64,000 nucleotides of DNA from NCBI GenBank assembly GCA_965206745.1, contig OZ242220.1, positions 896,001 through 960,000 on the forward strand, written 5' to 3'. The translations under genes and the position numbers were made by a program. Source of the DNA: Nitrosopumilus sp. (GTDB lineage: Archaea > Thermoproteota > Nitrososphaeria > Nitrososphaerales > Nitrosopumilaceae). Position 1 is the stretch's first letter; every line of letters starts with the position of its first letter. The notes beneath the pieces are model-generated. The model did not search any database. It saw only the letters and a list, made by a program, of their open reading frames with translations, and was not told the origin of the DNA. Positions 28,813 through 37,760 of the stretch are shown here, piece by piece.

Positions 28813-30150
28813 TTGACTCCTCGAAATTCATTGAACAAGGTTATTCTGTCAATGCTGGCATTGACTTTGGTTATTACATTGGGTCTGGGATCATCTTATG
28901 CTCAAGATGATTATGTATACCATGATGAAAATGGGAATAAACAACCAAAAGTTTTCTATTATAATAATGGACAGCAGCAATCGGAATTCCACTATGATGA
29001 GGGCGGATTGCTGGAACAAGAAACACGATTTTCTGAAGATGGAAGTATACGCTCACATACCTTTTATGACCATAACGGTTATCCGAATGAACAAATATCC
29101 TATGAATATCATGAAAACGGAAATCTCAAATCAGAAAAACACCATGAAAATGATCATCTGGAAGAAGAAATACTCTACCATGAAAACGGTCAACGTAAAT
29201 CAGAAAAATACTATGAAAGCGGACAACTAGATCAAGAAATATACTATGAATACTATGAAAACGATAAAATCAAATCAGAAAAATATTATAAAAACGGAGA
29301 ACTAAAATCAGAATCAAGTTATCATGAAAACGGGCATCTGGAGCTATATTTGCAATATGATGAAAACAAAAATGTGCAATCAGAAGGCACCTATGATGAA
29401 AACGGACAACTAGAAGATGAGACACGCTTTGAATATTACAAAAATGGAAGTCAGAAATCACTAAAAGAATATGACGATGGGCAATTAGAGTTGGAAACAC
29501 AATTTTACAAAAATGGACATTTCAAATCTACAAAAAAATACACTAACGGACAACTAGAAACAGAATGGCAGCGACATGAAAACGGAGATTTAGAATCAAG
29601 ATCAGACTATCATGAAAATGGAAATAAACAATCATTCACAATATTCAAAAACGGACAACCGAAATCTGAGATTCGTTACGATGAAAATGGGAATTACAAC
29701 TTGTACCGATTGCATCGTGCTGACGGTTCATTAAAATCTGAAAGCCATTATCATGAAAATGGAAAATTAAAATTAGAAATAATCTATTATGAGAACGAAC
29801 TACCACAATCTGAATTTAGTTATTTCTACGATGGACTAATAAAATCAAAAGTCACTTATTTCGAAAACGGACAACTAAATACACTGTTGCAATATAATGA
29901 TATGGGGTTTATACTGGGGTTAAAACCACTAGCGTTTAAACAACTGGAAATTAGTTATTATGAGAATGGACCACTACGATCCGTAACCCATTGGCATGAA
30001 TATAACATGTTAAAATCAAGAACGTACTATGATGAAACTGGCGTATTGAGCGCAGTAATATTATATAATCAAATGGGACACGTACAATCCAAATTCTATA
30101 ATGATGAAAATGAGGAGTCAAAAAAGAATATGACTGGAACGGACAGCTAA
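28813..30150 (+). CDS. Secreted MORN-variant (YwqK-like) repeat protein; start uncertain
   Basis: Signal peptide ending SSYA-QD, followed by Y(H/Y)ENG-x-LKSE repeats. Confidence 0.85.
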   Translation: MTPRNSLNKVILSMLALTLVITLGLGSSYAQDDYVYHDENGNKQPKVFYYNNGQQQSEFHYDEGGLLEQETRFSEDGSIRSHTFYDHNGYPNEQISYEYHENGNLKSEKHHENDHLEEEILYHENGQRKSEKYYESGQLDQEIYYEYYENDKIKSEKYYKNGELKSESSYHENGHLELYLQYDENKNVQSEGTYDENGQLEDETRFEYYKNGSQKSLKEYDDGQLELETQFYKNGHFKSTKKYTNGQLETEWQRHENGDLESRSDYHENGNKQSFTIFKNGQPKSEIRYDENGNYNLYRLHRADGSLKSESHYHENGKLKLEIIYYENELPQSEFSYFYDGLIKSKVTYFENGQLNTLLQYNDMGFILGLKPLAFKQLEISYYENGPLRSVTHWHEYNMLKSRTYYDETGVLSAVILYNQMGHVQSKFYNDENEESKKNMTGTDS

Positions 30151-30421
30151 AATGAGATTTTAAATCCATGGCCTCTCTTTTCATTTCAAATCAATACTTG
30201 GGTTTGGCCATTTAATCACAGTTTGGCTGGTGCGCCCTTACCGGATGCAGTGTGATGTGGCCCTCCTAGACTTGGATATTTTTAGTCTTCACCAAAGTCA
30301 CCATCGTAGCATTCGATGAAATCAAAGTCATAATATTTCATAATATCATTAGATTTTATCACGACATAGGTGTTGGGTGTATGAATATCGTCTTCCTCTG
30401 ATGCCTATATAGGCCGTGTAA

Positions 30422-30634
30422 TTAGTTGGCAGATTCGCCTTGATCAACATCTCTGTTGTACTCATCGACATCTTGATTGTATCTGTCAATCTCCTGGTTC
30501 TCCTCATCGACGTCTCCTTCAAACAGTTCGGGATGTTTCTCTTGTGCCTTTCTCATTAACTTCTTGAATGTGTCAGGATCGTCTTTCTGCAGTTCCAGCA
30601 GTATCTTACCAATGGAATCATCAAGATTGCTCAT
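30422..30634 (-). CDS. Small acidic hypothetical protein
   Basis: 70 aa. ATGA overlap with 30631..30987. Confidence 0.55.
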   Translation of the reverse strand: MSNLDDSIGKILLELQKDDPDTFKKLMRKAQEKHPELFEGDVDEENQEIDRYNQDVDEYNRDVDQGESAN

Positions 30635-30987
30635 ATTGCATTACCTGCCATGCCGTCATTTGTACCAAAATCACTATTTGACCTGACATCATCTTCTAAA
30701 ACGACAATACTGTCTGTACTTTGTGTTGTGTTATTATCGATAAAATACCTGTATCTGTCAACTCGAATTATTTGAAGATCCCTGCCGTTGATTGTGGCAT
30801 TGGATTGGCCTTGGACAATACCTGTAACGCCTATCCCAGAATCCACAATATTTTGTAGCCCTGATGTGTACCTATCAAATTGAGTGCCTTCTAGAACAGG
30901 GGGATTGCAACGTGTAGCATGAACATCTAAGATGGCAAATAACCCTAATGACGATACTCCAAGTGATGGCATATTTATCCTTGGCAT
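30631..30987 (-). CDS. Hypothetical protein
   Basis: 118-aa ORF translationally coupled to the downstream gene. Confidence 0.5.
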   Translation of the reverse strand: MPRINMPSLGVSSLGLFAILDVHATRCNPPVLEGTQFDRYTSGLQNIVDSGIGVTGIVQGQSNATINGRDLQIIRVDRYRYFIDNNTTQSTDSIVVLEDDVRSNSDFGTNDGMAGNAI

Positions 30988-31415
30988 TCCTACGCATTTG
31001 CATAAAAGTACAAACTCATTTAAAGATAATCATCAAATACTCTGCCACTCCCATGAATCTGCACACTTGATCAAATTGCCATCTTTAGTCAGAAAACGCA
31101 AATCATAGACATCTCCCAAGAAATCAAGAATCTGAGTTGTTCCCATTTGCAATATGACGTATTCCAGATAATCCTCATTACTTTGTAGGATGTCATAAGA
31201 GACATTGACGTGATGAATGCTGATTCTGCCTCATCAGGATCTCCCTCAACTCGAATTTTTCTGACACATCACCCACTTGGCCTATCAAGGCCTATGGGCC
31301 AAACCTGCAAAGATTATCCCAAGAGATCTCCTTGGTTGATCCCGTATGCCTTTTTGAGAAAATTTCATCACAATAGCCCTAGGAGTTAAATTATATCAAA
31401 ATCAGGCATAATTGT

Positions 31416-32240
31416 TTGAAATTTCTTACAAGTGGTAAGGTAAAGGATCTTTATGATATTGACGAATCAAGCATTCTATTCAAATTCTCAGACAGGGTTT
31501 CAGCATATGACGTAAAGTTCAATCAGGATATTCCCCAAAAGGGGGAGGTCCTCTGCAAATTTGCAGAATTTTGGTTCAACGAGTTGTCAGTGCCAAACCA
31601 TTTCATCAGACGGGAGTCTGACACGGAGATTGTTGTAAAAAAGATGAAGATGCTTCCAATGGAATGCGTGGTTCGTGGCCATTTCTATGGCAGTCTGGTG
31701 AGTCGGTGGAAAGAAGACAAGGCAATTGTACCTGATGGGACTGATACCACCCTAGCTGCACGACTTCCTGAGCCGATATTTGATCCCACGACAAAATCCG
31801 AACATGATGTCCCAATTAACAAGGCAAAGGCGTTGGAGATGAGTCTGGTTACAGAAGGGCAGTACGACTGGCTAGAGGAGACCTCGATTGCCATCTACAA
31901 AAAAATGGCCAGGGTTGCAGATGGTGTCGGATTCATCCTGGCTGATTTAAAACTCGAATTTGGATTGCTTGATGAAAAAATTACTTTGGGTGATTCTATT
32001 GGTCCTGACGAATACCGACTGTGGCCCAAGGCCTCCTTTGAGGTTGGAAGAATACAAGAGGCATATGACAAGCAGATCTTGCGCGATTGGCTGTCTGCAA
32101 ACGGATATCAAAAACAATTTGATGACTCGCGCAATGCAGGGCTGGAACCTGTCGCACCGCAAATCCCAGCAGAGATCATCTCAAAGATGACAGAGCGCTA
32201 TGTCACTGCATACGAGAAACTAACCGGGCATTGCCTGTAA
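31416..32240 (+). CDS. purC: SAICAR synthetase
   Basis: SGKVKDLY, SDRVSAYD, ADLKLEFG and DKQILRDWL motifs. Confidence 0.95.
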   Translation: MKFLTSGKVKDLYDIDESSILFKFSDRVSAYDVKFNQDIPQKGEVLCKFAEFWFNELSVPNHFIRRESDTEIVVKKMKMLPMECVVRGHFYGSLVSRWKEDKAIVPDGTDTTLAARLPEPIFDPTTKSEHDVPINKAKALEMSLVTEGQYDWLEETSIAIYKKMARVADGVGFILADLKLEFGLLDEKITLGDSIGPDEYRLWPKASFEVGRIQEAYDKQILRDWLSANGYQKQFDDSRNAGLEPVAPQIPAEIISKMTERYVTAYEKLTGHCL

Positions 32241-32387
32241 CACTATTCATTCATAGCTGACTAGAATCTAACTTTCGACTCGAATTTTATTTTTGGCACT
32301 CTGTAAAATATCCCCCTGACAGGCAAATTGCCGACATGTTCTCCCAAGACGTGCCTTTTTTGATATTTTTGAAAATTTCAAGACCCC

Positions 32388-32504
32388 TACAATAATCATT
32401 ACTCCGATACCATGTTTATTGTAGTGCTATTGAAAATATTAGATGCGCTACAATGTATATTGTAACGGTTACATCAAAATCATAACAGTACAATATACAT
32501 TAAA
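32388..32504. promoter_or_regulatory. Array of TACAAT-N4-ATTGTA-like operators upstream of the ArsR-like gene
   Basis: Sites start at 32388, 32408, 32449 (perfect arms) and 32489. Confidence 0.5.
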
Positions 32505-32581
32505 GTAAACAAAAATTTATGCGATTAGACAAAAAAATATGATACGCGGATCTTTTAGATCGGTATTCAAAGATATTTTGT

Positions 32582-33100
32582 ATGTCTACGTTACTAGAAA
32601 AGCAAATCAAAGTTAATCGTACTGTTACGACAAGCATTGGACACGCGCGTGCAATTGAAGACCCTGCACGGGCAAAGATAGTTGAAATCCTGTATCATCA
32701 GGCATTATCAGCTGATCAGATTTCAACGGCGCTCAAAAAGACCGGATACAAAAAGGCACTAACCACAGTCCGCCACCACCTGGAAATTCTAAAGGGATCC
32801 GGACTAATAGAGATTGCAAGAATCGAGGAATCACGTGGTGCCATTACAAAGTTCTATAGCACATCTACAAAGCTGCTTGATTTTCAAACCCCTGAGGATT
32901 TTGATTCGACATACTCTCAAATCATCGACACCACGTCTGCAAAGGTTGAAAAGATTCTCAAAGGCCTGACGCCAAAGACTACAAAATCAAAGGGCAAAAA
33001 ATCCGCAGAATACTCCCAATACCTCGTAATGGAGATTATGAACAGGGCAATGACTAACGTCCTTGAAAAATCAAGTGCAAAGCAATCCAAACGAGCTTGA
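32582..33100 (+). CDS. ArsR-family winged-helix regulator
   Basis: AIEDPARAKIVEIL...TVRHHLEILKGSGLI. Confidence 0.85.
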   Translation: MSTLLEKQIKVNRTVTTSIGHARAIEDPARAKIVEILYHQALSADQISTALKKTGYKKALTTVRHHLEILKGSGLIEIARIEESRGAITKFYSTSTKLLDFQTPEDFDSTYSQIIDTTSAKVEKILKGLTPKTTKSKGKKSAEYSQYLVMEIMNRAMTNVLEKSSAKQSKRA

Positions 33101-33217
33101 GATGATCAACTGCCTCTTTACCGATCAAGTCCGATTTTACCCTAAATCCAAAAACATGCAAAAAATACCTCCAAAACGCACCCGCGCTGAGGAATATGTG
33201 CAAAAGGTGAAAGACTA

Positions 33218-33622
33218 GTGGATGAAAAATCCGTAAAACTGTTTTCGGAGAAAAACCTTGTCTTTATTGCGACTCTGATGAAGGACGGCTCACCCCAGGT
33301 CTCACCTGTCTGGGCAAACTATGCTGATGGGTTTATTTTGGTAAACACTGCAGAAGGCAGGATAAAGCACAAAAATATCTTGCGTGACCCACGTGTCGCA
33401 GTATCTGCCGTCTCAAAAGACAATCCCCTTGATATGACAACGATTCGCGGGACAGTCCAGGAACTGATTCCAGACTATGATTACAAGCATGCCGATGAGT
33501 TGACTTTGCAGTACATGGGACGGGAGCGCTATCCGTTCAGACGTGACGGTGAAAAAAGAGTCATACTAAAAATAAGACCGGACAAGGTTTTTGTCCTGCC
33601 TGAGTTGAAGATGAATCAGTAG
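33218..33622 (+). CDS. PPOX-class F420-dependent oxidoreductase
   Basis: IATLMKDGSPQVSPVW...KHKNILRDPRVAVS. Confidence 0.9.
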   Translation: MDEKSVKLFSEKNLVFIATLMKDGSPQVSPVWANYADGFILVNTAEGRIKHKNILRDPRVAVSAVSKDNPLDMTTIRGTVQELIPDYDYKHADELTLQYMGRERYPFRRDGEKRVILKIRPDKVFVLPELKMNQ

Positions 33623-33634
33623 CAGTTTGGAATC

Positions 33635-33656
33635 TTTCTAAATTCGAATTTAGAAA
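33635..33656. repeat. 22-bp perfect palindrome, copy 1
   Basis: TTTCTAAATTCGAATTTAGAAA. Confidence 0.9.
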
Positions 33657-33705
33657 TATAATACATTCAGTAGGGGCAGATTAGAAAAAAGATAGCATAG
33701 ACAGC

Positions 33706-34056
33706 TTAACGTCGACGTTTAGCTGCCTTTCTCTTTGGAGCGGCTCTGCGTTTTGGTGCTGCCTTTCTCTTTGGAGATGCTTTTTTAGATGCAGTTCTTC
33801 TCTTTGGAGCGGCTCTGCGTTTTGGTGCTGCCTTTCTCTTTGGAGCTGCTTTTCGTTTGACTGCAGTTCTTCGTTTTGGTGCTGCTTTTCGTTTGGAACC
33901 AGATTTACCTGCGTTCTTTCTACGAGTTGCTGCTGCCTTTCTTTTACGAGCTGCTGCGGCCTTTAATGCCTCTGCTGCCTTTTTAGCTGCATTCCTCTTT
34001 CGAGTTCTTGCGGCCTTTTTAGCTGCTTCGGCTCTTTTGGCTTGAGATATTGCCAT
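33706..34056 (-). CDS. Histone H1-like Lys/Arg/Ala/Pro-rich basic protein
   Basis: Repeated KRKAAP/KRRAAP hexapeptides. Confidence 0.75.
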   Translation of the reverse strand: MAISQAKRAEAAKKAARTRKRNAAKKAAEALKAAAARKRKAAATRRKNAGKSGSKRKAAPKRRTAVKRKAAPKRKAAPKRRAAPKRRTASKKASPKRKAAPKRRAAPKRKAAKRRR

Positions 34057-34159
34057 AACTTTTTTGCGAAGATCATAGATGTTATATTGTAAAAGTCATA
34101 CAATACTACGCTGTATATAGAAAAATTTGACACCTTTTTTGATTTTTACAGATCACCGA

Positions 34160-34645
34160 TCAGCAATTTATGATACAAACGGAAGCTGTATCCACAGTAG
34201 ACTGATTCTTTTGCGGACGAACGAGTATCTTGTATTGGGATTCCTCATCAAATGGAATGTCAAACTGCGTTGTTCTCTGAATCTGTTTGTCTGGTTCAAG
34301 TGCTTCTAAAAGCAGGTCTTTTGCCGAAAATTCCCCAAAGAATGCCTTGTATTTCTTTTCTTTCTCATCGACAATGTAAAACTGCCCTCCTGACATGATA
34401 GTTTCCTCATCACTGATGTTTTTTGCGGCAATACCGATCATCACAAATGTGTTTTCAGGCTGTTTATCCTTGTTTCCGTTATGGGTCCCTTCAAATGTAA
34501 TGACATACTCTACAGGTCCTACGATGACTGATTCTCCCTCATTTGCTATGATATAGTTTGTCTGATACTGGGTATACATGAATAATGCAAGCACCATTGA
34601 TGCTATGATTACACCTAATACTATTACAGTTCCAATTCCGCCCAT
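34160..34645 (-). CDS. DUF4352-like membrane-anchored Ig-fold protein
   Basis: N-terminal TM, FVMIGIAAKN...FYIVDE...FDIP. Confidence 0.7.
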   Translation of the reverse strand: MGGIGTVIVLGVIIASMVLALFMYTQYQTNYIIANEGESVIVGPVEYVITFEGTHNGNKDKQPENTFVMIGIAAKNISDEETIMSGGQFYIVDEKEKKYKAFFGEFSAKDLLLEALEPDKQIQRTTQFDIPFDEESQYKILVRPQKNQSTVDTASVCIINC

Positions 34646-34948
34646 AATTTTTCATGATCATTTTAGTATATAGTTGAAACGCAGAAAAATTGGGATGATT
34701 ATGACCAAAATCCCCCTCCCATATTTGATCTAAATCTTGCAGTAGATGATTTTCAGGCAAATCTGCATATTCATCGGCAGGAACCAAACCATGATTCCCT
34801 TGGTGACTCAAACTCTAACTGCTCAAATCACTCCGTTTTTTCTAGTTTTTTGCACAACATTTGGGGGGTTGAGCTTTTAGGCACGAGTATGATAGTTTGG
34901 GGATGTTTTGCCCGGAGAGCGGGGTGAAATTAGGGTTGCCTGTTGCAT

Positions 34949-35045
34949 CTAGGCACAAGTGTTAAACCCCCCGTCAAAACGCCTGATCCTGAAAATTTCA
35001 CATTATGCCTAAACATGCTAATTTTCAGGGGGGTTTAACGCCTAG
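34949..35045. repeat. Imperfect long inverted repeat (possible MITE/IS remnant)
   Basis: Arm pairs CTAGGC/GCCTAG, GTTAAACCCCCC/GGGGGGTTTAAC and CCTGAAAATT/AATTTTCAGG. Confidence 0.5.
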
Positions 35046-35502
35046 GCTTGATTTTGCAAAATTGCTCATTTTAGAACTTTGTCTGAATCTGGCATGATCT
35101 CACATGATGTTTGTAATGATGGGCGGGTATTTCTCCTCAAAGGGGAGAGAGGGGGGATGCTTGGGGGTTTTTTTGGAATCTGTTCTTGTAACTCTTGCTG
35201 TTTTAATTCATCCTGAGCTGGACAATTACTGCCAGGAAACCATGACTTGAAGAGATTATTCATACATTTGAGTTTCCTGGTTCACATGTGCCGAGAATCC
35301 CATATGTTCTTTTGATGATGCTCGTTTTACAAACATCATTTCATGGTTACATTCATTGTCAAAAAGTCCTCTTTTTTGAATCTCGGACTTTTCATGAAAT
35401 CTGCTTTTGATTTACAGGTTGTAAATTTTGTTGCCATCATGCCTGTATGATGGTACATTTTTGATGCAGGATTCTCTCCAGAACGGCAAATCCTCTATTT
35501 TT

Positions 35503-35952
35503 TTAAAATGTCTTCAGTAAAAATCTGGAAACTTTGTCATATTTTTCAGAAACGCTGTCTATTGCTTCAAACATTGTCTGCTGATTGATATTTTCCTTAT
35601 CGTCCATCACCACATAGATGCCTACCTTCTGCTTTCCATCCTCTGTGATGATCTTGTTGATTACTTGTATAGAATAGCAAAAATCCCCCACTTTTTTCTC
35701 AAATCTTTCTTTCTCTTGGGTATTAAACCCCAAATACCTTGCAATTTGATTATTTTTCATTATGACCTTGGCCCCTATGACTATAATTCCTAGCTGTTTT
35801 TTTGGCTCAAAGATGTCTATGGGAATTCCGTACGGTCCTGCATGTTTTAGGAGAACTTGAAAATTATTTTCGGGATTTTTTACCTCTCCAAACGAAAGCC
35901 CTTCATGAATTACCCATCTCTCTACACTGTCTCTCATCTGGGATGTACTCAT
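35503..35952 (-). CDS. DUF2299-like hypothetical protein
   Basis: 149 aa beginning VERWVIHEG. Family call is from pattern recall only. Confidence 0.55.
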   Translation of the reverse strand: MSTSQMRDSVERWVIHEGLSFGEVKNPENNFQVLLKHAGPYGIPIDIFEPKKQLGIIVIGAKVIMKNNQIARYLGFNTQEKERFEKKVGDFCYSIQVINKIITEDGKQKVGIYVVMDDKENINQQTMFEAIDSVSEKYDKVSRFLLKTF

Positions 35953-36017
35953 AAAAGATCTCTCAAATTGGTTCTATATGACTCTAAATCTGAAAGATTG
36001 CCATGCTGGATTTAGAA

Positions 36018-36043
36018 TATTTCTAAATTCGAATTTAGAAATA
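36018..36043. repeat. Palindrome copy 2 (extends to 26 bp)
   Basis: TATTTCTAAATTCGAATTTAGAAATA. Confidence 0.9.
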
Positions 36044-36079
36044 ACAATTTTCTTTATCCGAGAAGCAAGAAACTGGTTG

Positions 36080-36307
36080 CTATATGTTCACATTAAAGCC
36101 CGAATCCGAGCCTGGAGCCGCCCCTAGTATCAAAATATTGAAAATTATCCCAATTATCATAAAAATAATCCCAACATACATGCAATTTTTTGCTTTATTG
36201 GGATCGCTCTGCCGTAGGATGAAAAATGCGATTATCCCGCCAATCATTCCAAAGAGAATTGGCAACAAAAACCATGCATTACTTTTGGGTTTTACTGGAT
36301 AGTCCAT
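36080..36307 (-). CDS. Small two-TM membrane protein
   Basis: SNAWFLLPILFGMIGGIIAFFILRQSDP..KAKNC. Confidence 0.7.
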   Translation of the reverse strand: MDYPVKPKSNAWFLLPILFGMIGGIIAFFILRQSDPNKAKNCMYVGIIFMIIGIIFNILILGAAPGSDSGFNVNI

Positions 36308-36318
36308 GCCACTTGTCT

Positions 36319-36567
36319 CTACTTTGCAGTTATTACTTTTCTCTGTAACTGTGTAATCTCAATTTCCACTGTTTCTAGAGGATCATCTACCTGATTGCGT
36401 CTAATTGAGAACATTTTTGGCTTTTCAAAGTCATCTGTGCAATCCGGGCATGCATACACTAGTACTCTGTGTTCGTTGGGCGCCTTGGGGTTTGACAGTC
36501 TTGGATAATATACCAGTCTTGCTCCGCAATCAACACAATATCTGTTGGCCCTTCTGGTTCTAACCAA
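36319..36567 (-). CDS. Zn-ribbon hypothetical protein
   Basis: CVDCG...CPDC. TTG start. Confidence 0.7.
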   Translation of the reverse strand: MVRTRRANRYCVDCGARLVYYPRLSNPKAPNEHRVLVYACPDCTDDFEKPKMFSIRRNQVDDPLETVEIEITQLQRKVITAK

Positions 36568-36658
36568 TGTAAGCCTCCTGCATTATTCTAGATATGCGAT
36601 CACCTATTAGATCTATATTGTCTAATAGAGTAAACCAATTACTAACAACCGATCAATA

Positions 36659-36680
36659 TTTCTAAATTCGAATTTAGAAA
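36659..36680. repeat. Palindrome copy 3
   Basis: TTTCTAAATTCGAATTTAGAAA. Confidence 0.9.
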
Positions 36681-36729
36681 CATATCTGATCATCATCTGT
36701 GATTCCCTTACAACTGTGAAAATAAAATA

Positions 36730-36751
36730 TTTCAAAACTCGAGTTTAGAAA
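36730..36751. repeat. Palindrome copy 4 (variant)
   Basis: TTTCAAAACTCGAGTTTAGAAA: a compensatory C/G pair plus one mismatch. Confidence 0.8.
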
Positions 36752-36757
36752 GAAGAG

Positions 36758-36831
36758 CGCCTCCCACCAGACTTGAACTGGTGACCAACCGGTTAACAGC
36801 CGGTTGCTCTACCACGCTGAGCTAGGGAGGC
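36758..36831 (-). tRNA. tRNA-Asn(GTT)
   Basis: GCCTCCC acceptor stem, anticodon arm ACCGG-CTGTTAA-CCGGT, TTCAAGT T-loop. No encoded CCA and no intron. Confidence 0.97.
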
Positions 36832-36902
36832 ACACGATTGTACCTTGGCAAAAGTGATTTAATCTTTGCGACTATGCTTAATGAACTAAAATCGGAAAAT
36901 CT

Positions 36903-37190
36903 TTAGTTGAATTTTGCAAAAAACTCTTTGATCTCTTTTGCATGACTTTCAACTAGTTCGATTATCTCCAGGTGTTCGTCTGCTGTAGGTTCTCTTTTAT
37001 GTACAATCTGAAATGCACTAAGTGCCGAACCTACCATCTCGCCTACAAAAAATCCACACAAAAAATCTCCGATATTCCCACATTCCCACATCTCCCCTAT
37101 TCTTGGAGATGCACCTGCAGATTTGTATAATTCCAATGTCTGCTCGATTAGTTGAGTTGTCTGCTTTGAAAATTCAGGATCAAGGGTCAT
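36903..37190 (-). CDS. Hypothetical protein
   Basis: 95-aa ORF at the end of the r-protein operon. Confidence 0.7.
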   Translation of the reverse strand: MTLDPEFSKQTTQLIEQTLELYKSAGASPRIGEMWECGNIGDFLCGFFVGEMVGSALSAFQIVHKREPTADEHLEIIELVESHAKEIKEFFAKFN

Positions 37191-37205
37191 TTGTTAATCT
37201 GAATT

Positions 37206-37760
37206 TTACTCTATGCCTTTCTTCTTTTCAAATGAGTAGATGCCGTCAAGGAACACTCTGTGGTCTTTGTTCTTTACTTTAGATCTTAACTCGATATTTG
37301 CTGCGGTCTGAGTGATATCTGTCCATACTTCCCCTGTGAGAATCACGTCTTCACCTTTTGGAACCACTTTGGTATTTCCAACTATGTTTGTAATTCTTGG
37401 TGCACGCTCTCCTTGGAAATTCTCAATCAGGATTTTTTTACCTTCCACTTTTACTGTGATTGGAAAGTGTGAAAACACGACTTTCATTTTAATTGTATAT
37501 CCTGTAACTAGGCCCTCGCAAATATTTTTAATTATTGATCTTGCCGTATGCAATATTGCATAGTCTCTCTTCTTTTTTTCTATTGAGGTTAGGAGAATTT
37601 TGCCTTCTGTTATTTCGATTTTCACTGGGATGCTTCGAAAGCTTTTGTGAGTTTTTCCTAGCGGTCCGACAAAATGCAACATGTGCTTCTTTAGTGAGAC
37701 TGTCACTCCTTGAGGGATGACTACCTCGTCTTTGAACTCTTCAACTTGCTTAGTAGACAT
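37206..37760 (-). CDS. rpl6: 50S ribosomal protein L6
   Basis: HFPITV and KDHRVFLDGIY motifs; operon position. Confidence 0.97.
   Translation of the reverse strand: MSTKQVEEFKDEVVIPQGVTVSLKKHMLHFVGPLGKTHKSFRSIPVKIEITEGKILLTSIEKKKRDYAILHTARSIIKNICEGLVTGYTIKMKVVFSHFPITVKVEGKKILIENFQGERAPRITNIVGNTKVVPKGEDVILTGEVWTDITQTAANIELRSKVKNKDHRVFLDGIYSFEKKKGIE

Noticed and set aside
14532-30150. Diversity-generating retroelement (TR/VR) explanation for the similar MORN blocks
   Set aside because: No reverse transcriptase in the window, both copies are coding, and the mismatches are not restricted to adenines.
34850-35200. Replication origin (G-string ORB elements)
   Set aside because: No TCCA-N-GAAA ORB core and no cdc6/orc1 gene in the window.
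35066-35263. 65-aa Pro-rich ORF as a transposase fragment
   Set aside because: No DDE, HUH or RuvC motif. The prolines derive from the G-tracts on the opposite strand.
36758-36831. tRNA-Asn as an attachment site of an integrated element
   Set aside because: No duplicated tRNA 3' fragment and no integrase seen in the window.
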